A stretch of 64,000 bases of DNA from Eledone cirrhosa (GCA_964016885.1 OZ024766.1:17980001-18044000); one strand, 5' to 3'; positions 27,579 through 43,738 are shown, numbered from the stretch's first letter. Numbers and translations are program-made. The notes: generated by a model from the letters alone, not told the origin.

Positions 27579-28044
27579 AATTGGCTTGACTCTCATCCAA
27601 CGTAACATTCGTAAGTGGTTGGTTCTGAGAAACTGGGAATGGTGGAGGCTTTTCAACAAGGTGAAGCCCCTCCTCAACATCGCCCGTCAAGAAGACGAGA
27701 ACAAGAAGCAACAGGAAGAATTCGCCAAGATGAAGGAAGAGTTTGCTCGCTGCGAACAAACCCGCAAAGAACTCGAGGAACAGAACGTCACTCTTCTGCA
27801 ACAGAAGAACGATCTTGCCATCGCTATGTCCACCGCTGACGACCAGATTTCAGAGTCTGAAGAAAAGATCGAACAATTGATCAAACAGAAATCCGACTTT
27901 GAGACCCAATTGAAGGAAATGGAAGATAAACTGATGGACGAGGAAGACGCCAACGCAGATTTTAGCGCCGCTAAGAAAAAGATGGAGGCTGAGAACGGTG
28001 AATTGAAGAAAGACATCGAAGATTTGGAATCTTCCCTTTCTAAG
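27579..28044 (+). CDS. Mhc: Mhc exon, IQ2 / head-rod junction / S2 ([32 protein letters not shown]...SLSK)
   Basis: tcag|A ATT...AAG|gtcagt; 466 nt; WxWW hook and invariant proline. Confidence 0.96.
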
Positions 28045-28243
28045 GTCAGTACCATGATGATGATGATGATCTCTCTCTCTATATATATATATATATATGT
28101 GTGTATATATATATATATGTACATATACATATATGTACATATATATATATGTATATGTACATATATATATATATATATATGTACATATATATATATATGT
28201 ACATATATATATATATATGTACATATATATATATATATATATG

Positions 28244-28280
<37 letters not shown>

Positions 28281-28393
28281 GTATATATATATGTATATAT
28301 ATATATGTATATATATATGTATATATATATGTGTATATGTATATATATATGTGTATATGTATATATATATGTGTATATGTATATATATATGTA

Positions 28394-28433
<40 letters not shown>

Positions 28434-28822
28434 CATACACTATACATACACACATACTTACATACATACTTATACACACACTTACTTACTTACTTACACA
28501 CACACACACATACGTACGTCCACATACCTAATTATATATACATGTATATACACACATATAAATATACACACACATATACATATGTATGTATATATCTACA
28601 TATATATATATATATTTATATATACACACACATTTATATATTATTATTATTTATACTAATGTTTTCTCTTTCTTTCTCTTTCTCTCTCTCTCTCTCATCC
28701 AACCACAACCCTGTCTACATCTCCGCTCCGTGGCGCCACTGTGACTGTGTGTCATATCATATCGTGTCGTGTTGCGTTGCGTTGTGTTCTCGCCTTCGTC
28801 GTTCGGCTTGGCGAAACTGCAG

Positions 28823-29032
28823 TCTGAACAAGAGAAGACAACGAAAGACAACCAAATCAAAACACTCCAAGACGAGATGTCCCAACAAGACGAACAGATC
28901 TCCAAACTTAACAAAGACAAGAAGAATATGGATGAACTCCAGAAGAAGACCCTCGAAGACTTGCAGGCTGAGGAAGACAAGGTCAACCACCTGAGCAAAC
29001 TTAAGACCAAACTGGAACAGACTCTTGACGAA
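28823..29032 (+). CDS. Mhc: Mhc S2 exon ([13 protein letters not shown]...LEQTLDE)
   Basis: gcag|TCT...GAA|gtaagt; 210 nt, phase 0-0. Confidence 0.94.
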
Positions 29033-29520
29033 GTAAGTATATTCATATATATATATATGCCACATCATGATTATTAGCCATTTTTAAATCTATTTTTGGC
29101 GCGATCGCTTTGGAAAATTAACTGTCCAATCTTGAGTTTTCTCCTCATGAGTCTGTTACTCTGGATATATCCTAACAATAGGATGTCTAAAAATACGAAC
29201 GAAACCATGGTAGAGATATAATTACGGTATATACACGTTTCTTCTAAGTTTAAATTTACACCTAATTGTGTATGGTTGACGGTATATTAAGTCAATTTCT
29301 ACATGCTGTTGAAATGTTGGATAAATACTCTATCGGGGCCACCGCGAAGAGGCCGCTTTCGGTTATTTGTCGAAAATTTCTTCATAGAAGCCTTTATTCT
29401 TATAGCCTGGTCTAATTGATTTTTTTTATATGGTTAATTATGCTAATTGGGAGAGGAAATGGTATATATTTTATCTAATAATTCTAAGGACATGATATAT
29501 GATATATATATATATATATA

Positions 29521-29903
29521 TGGAGGCACATGGCTTAGTGGTTAGAGCATTGGCCTTGCAATCGAAAGGTTGTGAGTTCAATTCTCAGACTGGGTGATGT
29601 GTTGTTTCCTTGAGCAAGACACTTTATTTCACATTGCTCCAGTTTACTCAGCTGTAGAAATGAGATGATAGGGACTGGGGTCCATATCATTCCACTGTAA
29701 AGTGGTCATGGAGGTGCCACGGCAAAAAAAGCACCCAGCATTCACTGTAAAGTGGTCGTGGAGGTGCCACAGCAAAAAAGCACCCAGCACTCACTGTAAA
29801 TGAGGTTGGTGTTAGGAAGGGCATCCAGCTGTAGAAATCAAGCCAGAATCAGTTCCCGTCCCACCCTTGCAAGCAGGGAAAAGCGGACCTATGATGATGA
29901 TGA

Positions 29904-29908
<5 letters not shown>
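29521..29908 (+). mobile_element. tRNA-derived CORE-like SINE with (GAT)n tail
   Basis: A-box tggcttagtgg, B-box gttcaattc, tccttgagcaagacacttt core. Confidence 0.85.
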
Positions 29909-29947
<39 letters not shown>

Positions 29948-30173
29948 GTGGCTGTTCATTAAATATATTTTGTTTATTTAAAGATTCACTTCTTTAAATT
30001 TTACATAATTTATCTACTAAATTTCGTGGCTGTTCATTAAACATAAATATTCTTATATATAATGATTGCTTATTTTAAGATTCACTTCTATCCTCCGCTC
30101 CTTCAACAAGACACAAACTACACATTCTCTCTTTTTTTTTTCTCTTTCTTTCCTACCCTCTCCCTCTGCACAG

Positions 30174-30319
30174 CTCGAAGACAACCTTGAACGTGAAAAG
30201 AAGATCCGAGGAGACGTAGAGAAATCGAAACGCAAGGTTGAACAAGATCTTAAGAGCACACAAGAAACAGTGGAAGATCTTGAACGGATTAAACGTGATT
30301 TGGAAGATGGAATGAGAAA
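30174..30319 (+). CDS. Mhc: Mhc S2 exon (LEDNLEREKKIRGDVEK...DGMRK)
   Basis: acag|CTC...AGA AA|gttagc; 146 nt, phase 0-2. Confidence 0.93.
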
Positions 30320-31024
30320 GTTAGCAATGCTTCCATTTTCTTTTTGTTGTTGTTTTGTTTGTCTTTTTCTTCTTCTTTTTCTTCTTCTTTATCTTCTTTA
30401 TCTTCTTCTCCTTCTTCTTTATACGTATAAACATAATTATAAATATCACTTAAAAATGAATAAATCTCATCGTAGCTGGTGCTACAGAAATGCGTATAAC
30501 AGTGATTGATGAAAGTTAGCAATGCTTCCATTTTCTTTTTGTTGTTTTGTTTGTCTTTTTCGTCTTCTTTTTCTTCTTCTTTATCTTCTTTATCTTCTTC
30601 TCCTTCTTCTTTATACGTATAAACATAATTATAAATATCACTTAATAATGAATAAATCCCATGGTAGCTGGTGCTACAGAAATGCGTATAACAGTGATTG
30701 ATGAAAAAAAAAACTAGACTTCATATTCATTCTACTTTCTAAATATAAAGTATAAAATAAATGCCAGGATGTAGAAGACGAAAACGAAATTTTTACTCAC
30801 TCAAAAAAATTATTTTTAACATTAACGTTTCCACTTCCGCTTCCGATTTCTCTACCGGAAATTCATTATACTTTAAACTATAAACATAAATATCATAAAA
30901 TATTGAAGAAATGCCAGGATGTAGGAAACAAAATGCTGAAAACAAAAACGAAATTTGTTATACTAAAAAAGATTTTTTTTTTTTTCTTATTTCATTTCTA
31001 CTTCCGCTTCCGCTAACTCTACAG

Positions 31025-31115
31025 GAAGGACATGGAAATCAACGGACTGAACTCTAAACTCGAAGACGAACAAAGCCTTGTTGCCCAATTGCAAAAGAAG
31101 ATCAAGGAACTCCAG
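31025..31115 (+). CDS. Mhc: Mhc S2 exon ([30 protein letters not shown])
   Basis: acag|G AAG...CAG|gtaagt; 91 nt, phase 2-0. Confidence 0.95.
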
Positions 31116-31221
31116 GTAAGTCCATTCGATATGCTAAAATGGCCGCTGCTTATATCTGCACTATATCCACCATAATTACTGCTTGCCCGATTTGCAGCAA
31201 TACTGCATATCGTGCGACACA

Positions 31222-31264
<43 letters not shown>

Positions 31265-31317
31265 ACACAACCGCACTGCTGAAATGCAAAGCAACACAAA
31301 CTTCACGTGAATGTATG

Positions 31318-31359
<42 letters not shown>

Positions 31360-31446
31360 CATTGACAAATGCATGCTACACAAATATACCAAAAAATAGC
31401 GTCATAGATCCACACACATATATTTATATATGTACACATAATCCTG

Positions 31447-31481
<35 letters not shown>

Positions 31482-31620
31482 TGTATATATAATACATATG
31501 TGTGGGTATAATACTAGTAATATATACACTTTTTTTTAACACCATTGCCATTGTATTTTGCTATGAAAAAAAATACATTCCAGGTTCGCCTTTTGACAAC
31601 CGACAACTTTATATATACAC

Positions 31621-31666
<46 letters not shown>

Positions 31667-31714
31667 TGAGTGTATATAACGACTGACCAACAAATATGCT
31701 TCTTAAATAAATAT

Positions 31715-31757
<43 letters not shown>

Positions 31758-31915
31758 CTGTTGATGGCTTGGTTAGGGAGGTAGGGGAAATTTTGAAGAT
31801 CTGAGCTTCTTTTCTTGTGTCGTCTGCAATATACGTTGTTTTATGCTTAACGCTAAAATCTTTGATAAAATCTCATTGCTTCTTTAGCAAAAAACGATAC
31901 TTCTGCACATATACG

Positions 31916-31955
<40 letters not shown>

Positions 31956-32555
31956 CATATATATTATATATATGTATATATGTATATATATATATATATG
32001 TATATATATATACATATATATTATATATATGTATATATGTATATATATATATATATATCTATATATGTATATATATATGTATATATATATTGGGTCGTCA
32101 AGTATGTCACTTGTAGAGATTTGTTCTTTTTTCTACAAATATCTACAAATTTCATATTGACGATTAAATATATATATATATATGCATATATATATACACA
32201 TATAAGTATATATATGTATATGTATATATATCTATGTATATGTATATATGTATATATATATATATGTATATATATGTATATTCATTGGCTTATAATCTAT
32301 ATACACAATCATTTTCTTGCTTGCACTTTTCTATCTTTCTTTCTTTCTGCTTCTACTTTATACATACATGCACATATATATATATATGTGTGTGTATATA
32401 TATGTCTTTATAGTTAGAGATTATAGTCTGCACACAATTTCTACGCACGGCACTAAATTGTTTACTTTGTATATATATATACATACGTACGTACGTACGT
32501 ACGTATATACATTTATACTTATACATACATATATACGTACACACACACACACATA

Positions 32556-32589
<34 letters not shown>

Positions 32590-32950
32590 TACATATATAT
32601 ATATATACACATATAAGTATATATATATATATGTATATGTATATATATCTATGTATATATGTATATATGTATATGTATATTCATTGGCTTATAATCTATA
32701 TACACAATCATTTTCTTGCTTGCACTTTTCTATCTTTCTTTCTTTCTGCTTCTACTTTATACATACATGCACATATATATATATATGTGTGTGTGTATAT
32801 ATATGTCTTTATAGTTAGAGATTATAGTCTGCACACAATTTCTACGCACGGCACTAAATTGTTTACTTTGTATATATATATACATACGTACGTACGTACA
32901 TATATACATTTATACTTATACATACATATATACGTACACACACACACATA

Positions 32951-32988
<38 letters not shown>

Positions 32989-33017
32989 TACATATCTATA
33001 CATGCCTAAATTACCTC

Positions 33018-33993
33018 CCCCATCACCACCACGACCATCATCATCACCACCATCACCACCACGACCACCATCACCACCACGACCATCATCATCACCACCA
33101 CCACGACCATCATCATCACCACCAACACCACCACCATCACCACCACGACCACCATCACCACCACGACCACCATCACCACCACCACCATCAACACCACCAC
33201 TATCAATACCACCACCATCACCACCACGACCACCATCACCACCACGACCACCATCATCATCACCACCAACACCACCACCATCACCACCACGACCACCATC
33301 ATCATCACCACCACCACGACCACCATCACCACCACGACCATCATCAACACCACCATAAACACCAACACCACCACTACCACCACCATCAACACCACCATAA
33401 ACACACCTCCATCAACACCACCACCATCAATACCACCACCACCACCACCACCACCATCGCCACCATCAACACCACCAACACCACCACTATCAACACCACC
33501 ACCAACGCCACCACCACCATCAACACCACCATCACCACCATCAACACCACCACCTCCATCAACACCACCACAACCATCAACACCACCACCATCACCATCA
33601 ACACCACCACCATCACCACCATAAACACACCACCATCACCACCACCACCATCAACACCACCACTATCAATACCACCACCAACACCACCACCACCATCAAC
33701 ACCACCACCAACGCCACCACCACCATCAACACCACCTCCACCATCATCACCACCATCACCACCATCAACACCACCACCTCCATCAACACCACCACCACCA
33801 CCATCAACACCACCACCACCACCATCACCACCACCATCACCACCATCAACACCACCACCACCACCATCACCACCACCATCACCACCACAACCATCACCAC
33901 CATCACCACCACCACCATCATCACCACCACCATCACCACCACCATCAACACCATCACCACCACCACCATCTCCACCATCACCACCACCACCAC
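33018..33993. repeat. (CAC/CAT/GAC)n degenerate trinucleotide array
   Basis: Direct inspection. Confidence 0.92.
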
Positions 33994-34180
33994 CTTTCCC
34001 TGTGAACCTGTGACAAAAAAAAACAAACACACCGATCGAACTCCAATCAGACGTTGACATAATCAATAAATATTGATTATCGATCTACATAGAAATATCA
34101 ATAAATTCTTTCAAATATGTATTTTTCAATTTTCTTTCTTTATCTTCTTCCACTTCTATTATTCTCATATATACACAGTA

Positions 34181-34227
<47 letters not shown>

Positions 34228-34329
34228 CCTCGAGCCAATTATTTGTGAAACACGTGTAACGTTCTATATAACATTTTAAAGTGCGACATCGTCATCTCAT
34301 ATGTAATATATACGGATAGTAGATATACT

Positions 34330-34371
<42 letters not shown>

Positions 34372-34400
34372 CACACGTATGTATGTATATATACATATAT

Positions 34401-34447
<47 letters not shown>

Positions 34448-34907
34448 TATATATATTAGTTATATATATTGGGTCGTCAAGTATGTAATTTGTAGAGATT
34501 TATTCTTTTTTCTACAAATATCTACAAATTTCATATTGATGATTAAATATATATATATGTATATATATATACACATATATGTATATATGTGTATATATAA
34601 CTAATAAGCTCCGAAACCTACATTGAGCACTCTTTTTTCCTGGACCTTTCCGACGGAATTACTTCATTCATACATATATGTATATATATATGTATATATA
34701 TATGTATATATATATGTATATATGTATATGTATATGTATATATATATGTATATATGTATATATATGTATATATATATATATGTAGAAGTTCTATTTAAAT
34801 TGTTGGGATACAACAAGCAAATATTTTTATAACTGATATAAAGCACTCAACAAATAATTGGAGTTTAAAATAGGATATTAACAAATGGAAACTATATTTA
34901 TAAAACC

Positions 34908-34983
34908 ATATTTATTTCATTATACATATTTCAAGGACACCAAGTTAAATTATGGTGCGCTTTCATCAGATAAAATATAATAT
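34908..34983 (-). ncRNA. Hammerhead ribozyme motif, diverged family member
   Basis: rc: tattttat CTGATGA aagcgcacca..tggtgtcctt GAAA tatgtata atgaaata; compensatory changes relative to the 8.5 kb copy. Confidence 0.65.
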
Positions 34984-35053
34984 AGATCAGTTTTATAAAT
35001 AAATATTGACATACCCTTAAAGAATGCAACCATTACTGTTGGAAGCTCCCGGG

Positions 35054-35172
<119 letters not shown>

Positions 35173-35378
35173 TTAGTTATACTATTTATGGTTATGTAAA
35201 TACAAAACCTTATGCAGTTATAAGTATTTTTTATACACACCCTAAATAGTGGTAGGCAGTAATGTATTACTACCTTATATAACTGTCCATGCATTAATAA
35301 ATTGCTCCGAAGAATCCAAACCTCGGTTTGGAGGAAACAGCTGTAAGCACAATAATGTTTTGAACAGTTCTTTGATTC

Positions 35379-35410
<32 letters not shown>

Positions 35411-35575
35411 AATTTATTAAAATAACAGATTAAAGTTTAAGCAAATATATTGTATATATATATATATATATATACAATATATTAATAAATTGAAATTATA
35501 GTAACTTGTTGAGTGCTTTATATCAGTTATAAACGTTTAAGCTTGTTGGAATCCTAACAAATTAAATATAACTTC

Positions 35576-35614
<39 letters not shown>

Positions 35615-35763
35615 TAACGAAGGAAATGTGGTAAGGAACCAGGTGGACCATAACGCAACAAAGTACTCAATACTTGGGGTAGTAGAGTGGGTAATAGGAA
35701 CCAGTAAGACCCCGAATTAGCCGTCGAAACGGCTTGAGCTCAGCCGTCGGGGTCTTACTGGTT

Positions 35764-35807
<44 letters not shown>

Positions 35808-35864
35808 CGTGCATACATATATATCTAGAGAAAGATATTGATATATATATAGAGAGATATATAT

Positions 35865-35897
<33 letters not shown>

Positions 35898-36424
35898 AGG
35901 GAGAGCTCAGTGTGATAGAGAGAGAGAAGGGAGAGAGCTCAGTGTGATAGAGAGAGAAGGGAGAGAGCTCAGTGTGATAGAGAGAGAAGGGAGAGAGCTC
36001 AGTGTGATAGAGAGAGAGGGGGGAGAGAAAGAGAGAGATTCTGCTATCGTTTGTCTAAATATGGATAAGAATTCTTCCAATTTTCAAGGATGAGTCGGTG
36101 TGGTGGTGGTGGTGGTGGGGTGTTTAGTGACTGACTGGTGGTGGTGGTGGTGGGGTATTTAGTGGCTGACTGGTGGTGGTGGTGGTAGGGATTGCATTGG
36201 GTGGAGTTAGGGTGGAGTTGGGGTGGGGTTGGCTTGTTGTAGTAATGGTGGTGGTGGTGGTGGTGTTGGCTTGTTGTAGTAATGGTGGTGGTGGTGGTGG
36301 TGTTGGCTTATTATAGTAATGGTAGTGGTGGTGGTGGTGGTGTCAGCGAAGCATGGCTGAGAATGATGTGGTGGGGAAAGATGTGAGATCAAACAAATTG
36401 AGATAATAAAAAAAAACGTGTATA

Positions 36425-36458
<34 letters not shown>

Positions 36459-36680
36459 CGTATATACATATATATATATACATATATATGTATATATATA
36501 TGTATGTATATATATGTTTATATATATATACATATACATATATATGTATATACATATATATATATATACGTATATACATATATATATATGTATACATATA
36601 TGTATATATATGTATATACATATATATATATATATGTATATATATATGTATACATATATATATATATACGTATATACATA

Positions 36681-36738
<58 letters not shown>

Positions 36739-36756
36739 CATATATATAAGACCAGG

Positions 36757-36806
<50 letters not shown>

Positions 36807-36807
36807 C

Positions 36808-36857
<50 letters not shown>

Positions 36858-37179
36858 GTATATATATACACATATATATATAAAGTAAAAAAGGGTTAAG
36901 GTCATGAGATAAGCGAAAGAGAGAGTGTGAGGGGGGGGGGGGGTAGGAAGTAGCCCCTATCCACCCACCCACGCCTCAACCCTCACCCTGGTCCCCTTTT
37001 TTATTTCTAGTTCTTCCCTGCTCCCTTCCCTCCCTCCACCTAATAAGAACTAACATCTGAGGGTATGTAGGTAAAACATACGAGGAAGGTGTGGTGTGGT
37101 GGAGTGGCGTAGCGGCGAGGGGATTGGTGGTGGTGTGATAGGTGGAACGCTAGAAACGTGTGGCACCTGACAGCCAGAA

Positions 37180-37230
<51 letters not shown>

Positions 37231-37495
37231 TAGAACCTGCCTTGTTTACAATTTAGTATATACATATATATATATATATATGTATATAGATAGATGTGTA
37301 TATATATATATATATATATATACACAGATAGATGTGTATATATATCTATATATAAACAGATAGGTGTGTATATATATATATATATATATATACAGATAGA
37401 TGTGTATATATATATATATCTATATATAAAATATATATATATATATATATATACAGATAGATGTGTGTATATATATAAATATATACAGATAGATG

Positions 37496-37531
<36 letters not shown>

Positions 37532-37534
37532 TAG

Positions 37535-37579
<45 letters not shown>

Positions 37580-37582
37580 TAG

Positions 37583-37615
<33 letters not shown>

Positions 37616-37622
37616 CAGATAG

Positions 37623-37655
<33 letters not shown>

Positions 37656-37696
37656 CAGATAGATGTGTATATATATATATATATATATACAGATAG

Positions 37697-37733
<37 letters not shown>

Positions 37734-37739
37734 CAGATA

Positions 37740-37785
<46 letters not shown>

Positions 37786-37859
37786 AATGTATATATACAC
37801 ACAAATAGATGTATATATATATATATATACACAAATGTATATATACACACAAATAGATG

Positions 37860-37906
<47 letters not shown>

Positions 37907-38332
37907 CATCGGTGTTTATATTTGACTAACGAATTCCATAGTGCTTAGATGAGAAAAACGGATAGCTTATACCTAACAGCACCCACCTCTGCCTCTGTTA
38001 TCCCCACCACCAAAACCCGTACCCCCACAGACACCCCACCACCACCACCACCACTAGACCACCATATATGAGCGTTGGGTCTGTGCTTTGAATCAGTATT
38101 AGTAAGTTAGTAATATAGTTGGGCAGTTGGTTACGCATTTCGAGTAGTATTTGGTTTAACTCTCCTTTTAACTTTGAAATGCAAGCGCACCAGAAAAATT
38201 AATCATCTTCAAGTATGTAAGTTGCTTTGGTGAGGTTAGCTGATGACGTGATCACGTGATCAGGTGATCTAACTCTCTGTTTAGTCTGAAATACTACAGA
38301 CATGACCCAGACAAAAATACACATGCACACAC

Positions 38333-38394
<62 letters not shown>

Positions 38395-38408
38395 GTGTGT
38401 GTCTGTCT

Positions 38409-38445
<37 letters not shown>

Positions 38446-38461
38446 CATATCTGTGTGTCTG

Positions 38462-38515
<54 letters not shown>

Positions 38516-38538
38516 TATAAATAAATATATACAGACAG

Positions 38539-38589
<51 letters not shown>

Positions 38590-38648
38590 TTTAAATATAT
38601 ATATATATATATAAATAAATATAAATATATATATAAATAAATATATAT

Positions 38649-38713
<65 letters not shown>

Positions 38714-38739
38714 AATATATATATAAATATATATATATA

Positions 38740-38823
<84 letters not shown>

Positions 38824-38847
38824 AATATATATAAATATATATATATA

Positions 38848-38893
<46 letters not shown>

Positions 38894-38900
38894 TATAAAT

Positions 38901-38937
<37 letters not shown>

Positions 38938-39011
38938 AATATATATATGTATATATATATATATATATATAAATATATATATGTATATATATATATATAT
39001 ATATAAATATA

Positions 39012-39061
<50 letters not shown>

Positions 39062-39077
39062 TATAAATATATATATG

Positions 39078-39156
<79 letters not shown>

Positions 39157-39591
39157 TGGTTTAAAAAGCTAGTCGAAGAAAATTGGTACAGCGCCGTCTG
39201 TATCTTACTTATAATTACCTCAACGATATAATAGCTTTTGTACGTACGTTATATATACTAACCTATTACCCGGATTGCACGCATACGTTATGCAGTAAGA
39301 TAAAAGACTACGTGTGTGGTTATATATATATATATATATGTATATATATAGTGCTCTTCTAAGTAGCAGCAGGACCACGTTCGACCCTAAATCTCCAAAT
39401 ATGTGCTATGTCTGTGGTTTGCATCAAGTTTAGTATGTTAGTTAGTAAGTTAGTTGGTTAGTTGATTGGTTGGTTGGCTGATTACGTGCTTCACCTCACC
39501 GTTTATTTTTAAATACTAGCAGCAGGAAAATAAAGCCAACTATATATATATATATACACACATATATATATATACACATATATATATATAT

Positions 39592-39649
<58 letters not shown>

Positions 39650-39706
39650 ATATATGTATATATATATATATATATATACACACACATACATATATGAGTG
39701 TATATA

Positions 39707-39738
<32 letters not shown>

Positions 39739-39748
39739 CACATACACA

Positions 39749-39808
<60 letters not shown>

Positions 39809-39813
39809 CACAC

Positions 39814-39850
<37 letters not shown>

Positions 39851-39851
39851 C

Positions 39852-39966
<115 letters not shown>

Positions 39967-39971
39967 CACAC

Positions 39972-40058
<87 letters not shown>

Positions 40059-40379
40059 TATATATATGTATCTAAGATGGTTTAACTCCCCGTTTATTTT
40101 GATATACTATCAACACAGTGGAGAAAAGTTGGGTAGTTTAAAATACAGAAGGAATGAGAAGGGGGGAGTAGAGGGTAAGGATGAGGAGGGGGGGAAGAAA
40201 AATAAATATTTTGAAAGAAACAACAATAGCGTAAAAAAAAAATGGAAGATACACAACATTTTTGTTGTGCAAGTCAGACTTCAGACGCTAAGAGCTGCTT
40301 ATGCAGTTAACCATTTTTAGTGTTGTAAACTCTTGGGTATCTACGCGTCTATATATATATACATATATATGTATATATT

Positions 40380-40534
<155 letters not shown>

Positions 40535-41201
40535 AAATATATATATTTATATATATATATAAATATATATATTTATATATATATATAAATATATATATTT
40601 ATACATATATATATATATTTATATATATATATAAATATATATATTTATATATATATATTTATATATATATATATTTATATATATATACATATATTTATAT
40701 ATATATTTATATATATATATTTATATGTATATGTATATATAGATATATATGTGTGTGTGAGTGTGTATATAAATATACATACATGACTAGATAAATCGTA
40801 AACAGTGTTCTTTTATATTATTTTACTCAAGTGGTAACTAGTATTATCGTGTGCCAACAATTATTCTTTGTGTATACATACATGTATATATATATATATA
40901 TACACACTTATATATATACACACTTATATATAAACGCTTATATATATATATATACACACTTATATATATACGCTTATATATATATATATATATATATACG
41001 CTTATATATATATATATATACGCTTATATATATATACATCTGTTACCAATTCCACAGTTTCTTAGAGAATATTCTAGATTTCATACCTGTCGGTCTATTT
41101 TGTAAATAAAAGAATAGAATATATATTTTTTTTAGATTATACACACGTACGTGTCTAAATATCTACACACTCTATATATACATACATACATACATACACA
41201 C

Positions 41202-41319
<118 letters not shown>

Positions 41320-42179
41320 TATGCCTTAAAAGTCTCAACCAATTTTCATTCTTTCGACTTTTTTCTTCTTCCGCGTCTGGTTCTCCCACCCACTCCACCA
41401 TACACCACCACCCACACCACTGCCAACAACAACAACAGCAGCAATAAATTCCTTCAACTTTCCATTCTCCACCTCCGCCGCCACCATCTCTAAATTCTTT
41501 CATCTTCGTCATCGTAGTAGTAGTAGTAGTAGTAGTAGTGGGTTGTGGTGGTGTTGGGAGTGGTGGGGTTCTTTTTTTGGCATCTTGTATCTTCTGCTAT
41601 CGCCTTTCCACCGCCGCCACCAACACCAACACCACCGCCATTATCTCTTCTGCATTCTTCCGCCATTACCACCACCACCACCACCACCACCACCTTCTTG
41701 AACGTCTGCAATCTCTTAAAAAAAACAATCTCCGACACCACCACCGCCGCTGACGCCGCCACCGTCAACTCTTCTTCTCGTCTGCAATCGCTTTCCTTCG
41801 CCGCCGCCACCACCGCCACCACCACCACCACCACCATCTCGTGATCTGCTATGCCGTTACATCTTACAGCACCCACCCACACGCACACACACCCAGCACC
41901 CACATACCCCCCCCCCCCAGCATAGCATAGCCAAGCCTAGCCTACCTTTGTACTCCCCCCACACACACACACGCACGCACGCACCCTCCCCCGTCATACT
42001 TTACCTGTCTACAGCTCACAAGGCCACCCACCCACCCACCCACCCACCGACGCCCCCACCCTGCCTCCTGCCCTGCCCTACCTGTCTTTACCCAGCCAAG
42101 TATGGTAACAACTTCACTATTAGAAAATATTAGCAACAACAACAGCAACAACAACAACAGCAACAATAATAATGAAGGC

Positions 42180-42385
42180 CCCCCCCCCTCTCAAAAAACC
42201 CTTCAACACGTTCGCCTTCCGGGTTAACTTAGCTTAGATAGCAGCCGTATACCGACAGGGCGAGGTAGGGCTGCGATAGGAGAGGAAGAGGGGACTGAGA
42301 ACGACATTGAGCAGCCAAGTGCAGGCATAGAGATAGCAACAGGGAAGAGGAAGAAAGAAAAAAAAGAAACATTCCCCAAGTTCAT

Positions 42386-42419
<34 letters not shown>

Positions 42420-43707
42420 AAGTAGCGAAACTATTTGAGCGCATGCGCGAAGATAACAATCATAAGCAGATGAAGAAGAAGACGAGGGTGAAGAGGGAGA
42501 TGAGGATAAGTCGGCAACGCTTCGAAATATTTGGTTCTGTTTCAAGATTTTTTTCTAGAAAATTAGAAGACATATATATCTCGTGTATAATATAAAATAT
42601 AATATACACACACATATATATATACACACATATATATATATTTATATATATACAGACACATATATATATCACGTATATATATTATATGTGTGCAGCGCTG
42701 TCGAGTATTCCCTCACTCGGCGTTCAGTCTTCAAGACTTCAACAGTAGTAATAACGAAAGCAGCAGCTACTATAACAACAACAACAAAGCTTTTACACAA
42801 GCAACAACGTTATTTATTAAACATTTCAAAAGCAACCTCAAGATCTCCCTCACTGTCTTCCATAAAACCAAACCAAACCAAACCAAACAGAACCGGTTTT
42901 GAATTTAAATAAAAGGAAGAAGAATTTATGATAAATAATTTATAGTTTCTGTTCTTAAGTTTCGTTGAAAAAGAAGAGAAAAACTTAATAATAGTAGTTG
43001 AAAACCTCCTCCGTTCAGCCTACACCGGATTTAAACCACAAATGATTTGAAACTTTATAGTACTACTACAACTGCTACTGCTACTATTACTACTGCTGCT
43101 ACTACTGTTGTTCCTTCCACTCCTACTTGGCAAGCAGCGGAACATAAAAATTATTATTTTTATTTTTATTATTATTATTATTATTATTAATAATAGTATT
43201 TTTGGCTGTGAACAGTTTTTGTTTTTTTTGAGGAAAAATTCTTCAAACGGAACTTATACGAAACTTCTATTACTACTACTACTACAACAAACAACCTTGT
43301 CTGCTTTGAAGCACTGGCTTTTACTACTACTACTGCTACTGCTACTATTTCATCAGCAACAACAACAATAAAATAACACGACAATTGAATCACGTGGTGG
43401 ATTACTTTATATTCTGCATACAGTTTATTCTGCGGGACATACCCCTGTCTTCAGCTGTTGAGAAAAGATCTCAGTTTCGATACATGTTTAAATTTTTATA
43501 CAATACACTGTTGCATTGCTGAGAAATAGCATATTCGGTGGAGAAAAAAAATATAGAATTGTTTACACAAACCGGAAGGAATTATACACGGAACTCGTAA
43601 CTTCCGCTTCTTGTTCTCTCACATTTTCGGCATACCTTTTGTCTCACTTCCTTGTATGTATATATAGATACCCCCTACACACACACCCGTATATTTTTTA
43701 TACACAC

Positions 43708-43738
<31 letters not shown>

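Noticed and set aside
29521-29595. tRNA-like sequences (also 44830-44900 and 61550-61625)
   Set aside because: A/B boxes continue into CORE-like SINE bodies and no proper cloverleaf acceptor stem is evident
32631-34066. His/Thr/Pro-rich or Gly/Asp-rich ORFs resembling extensin or His-rich proteins
   Set aside because: Degenerate (CAC)n array open in several frames on both strands, with no splice or start context
41340-42170. Possible nested or antisense gene in the ACC-rich region
   Set aside because: ORFs are short and low-complexity with no recognisable domain or exon structure
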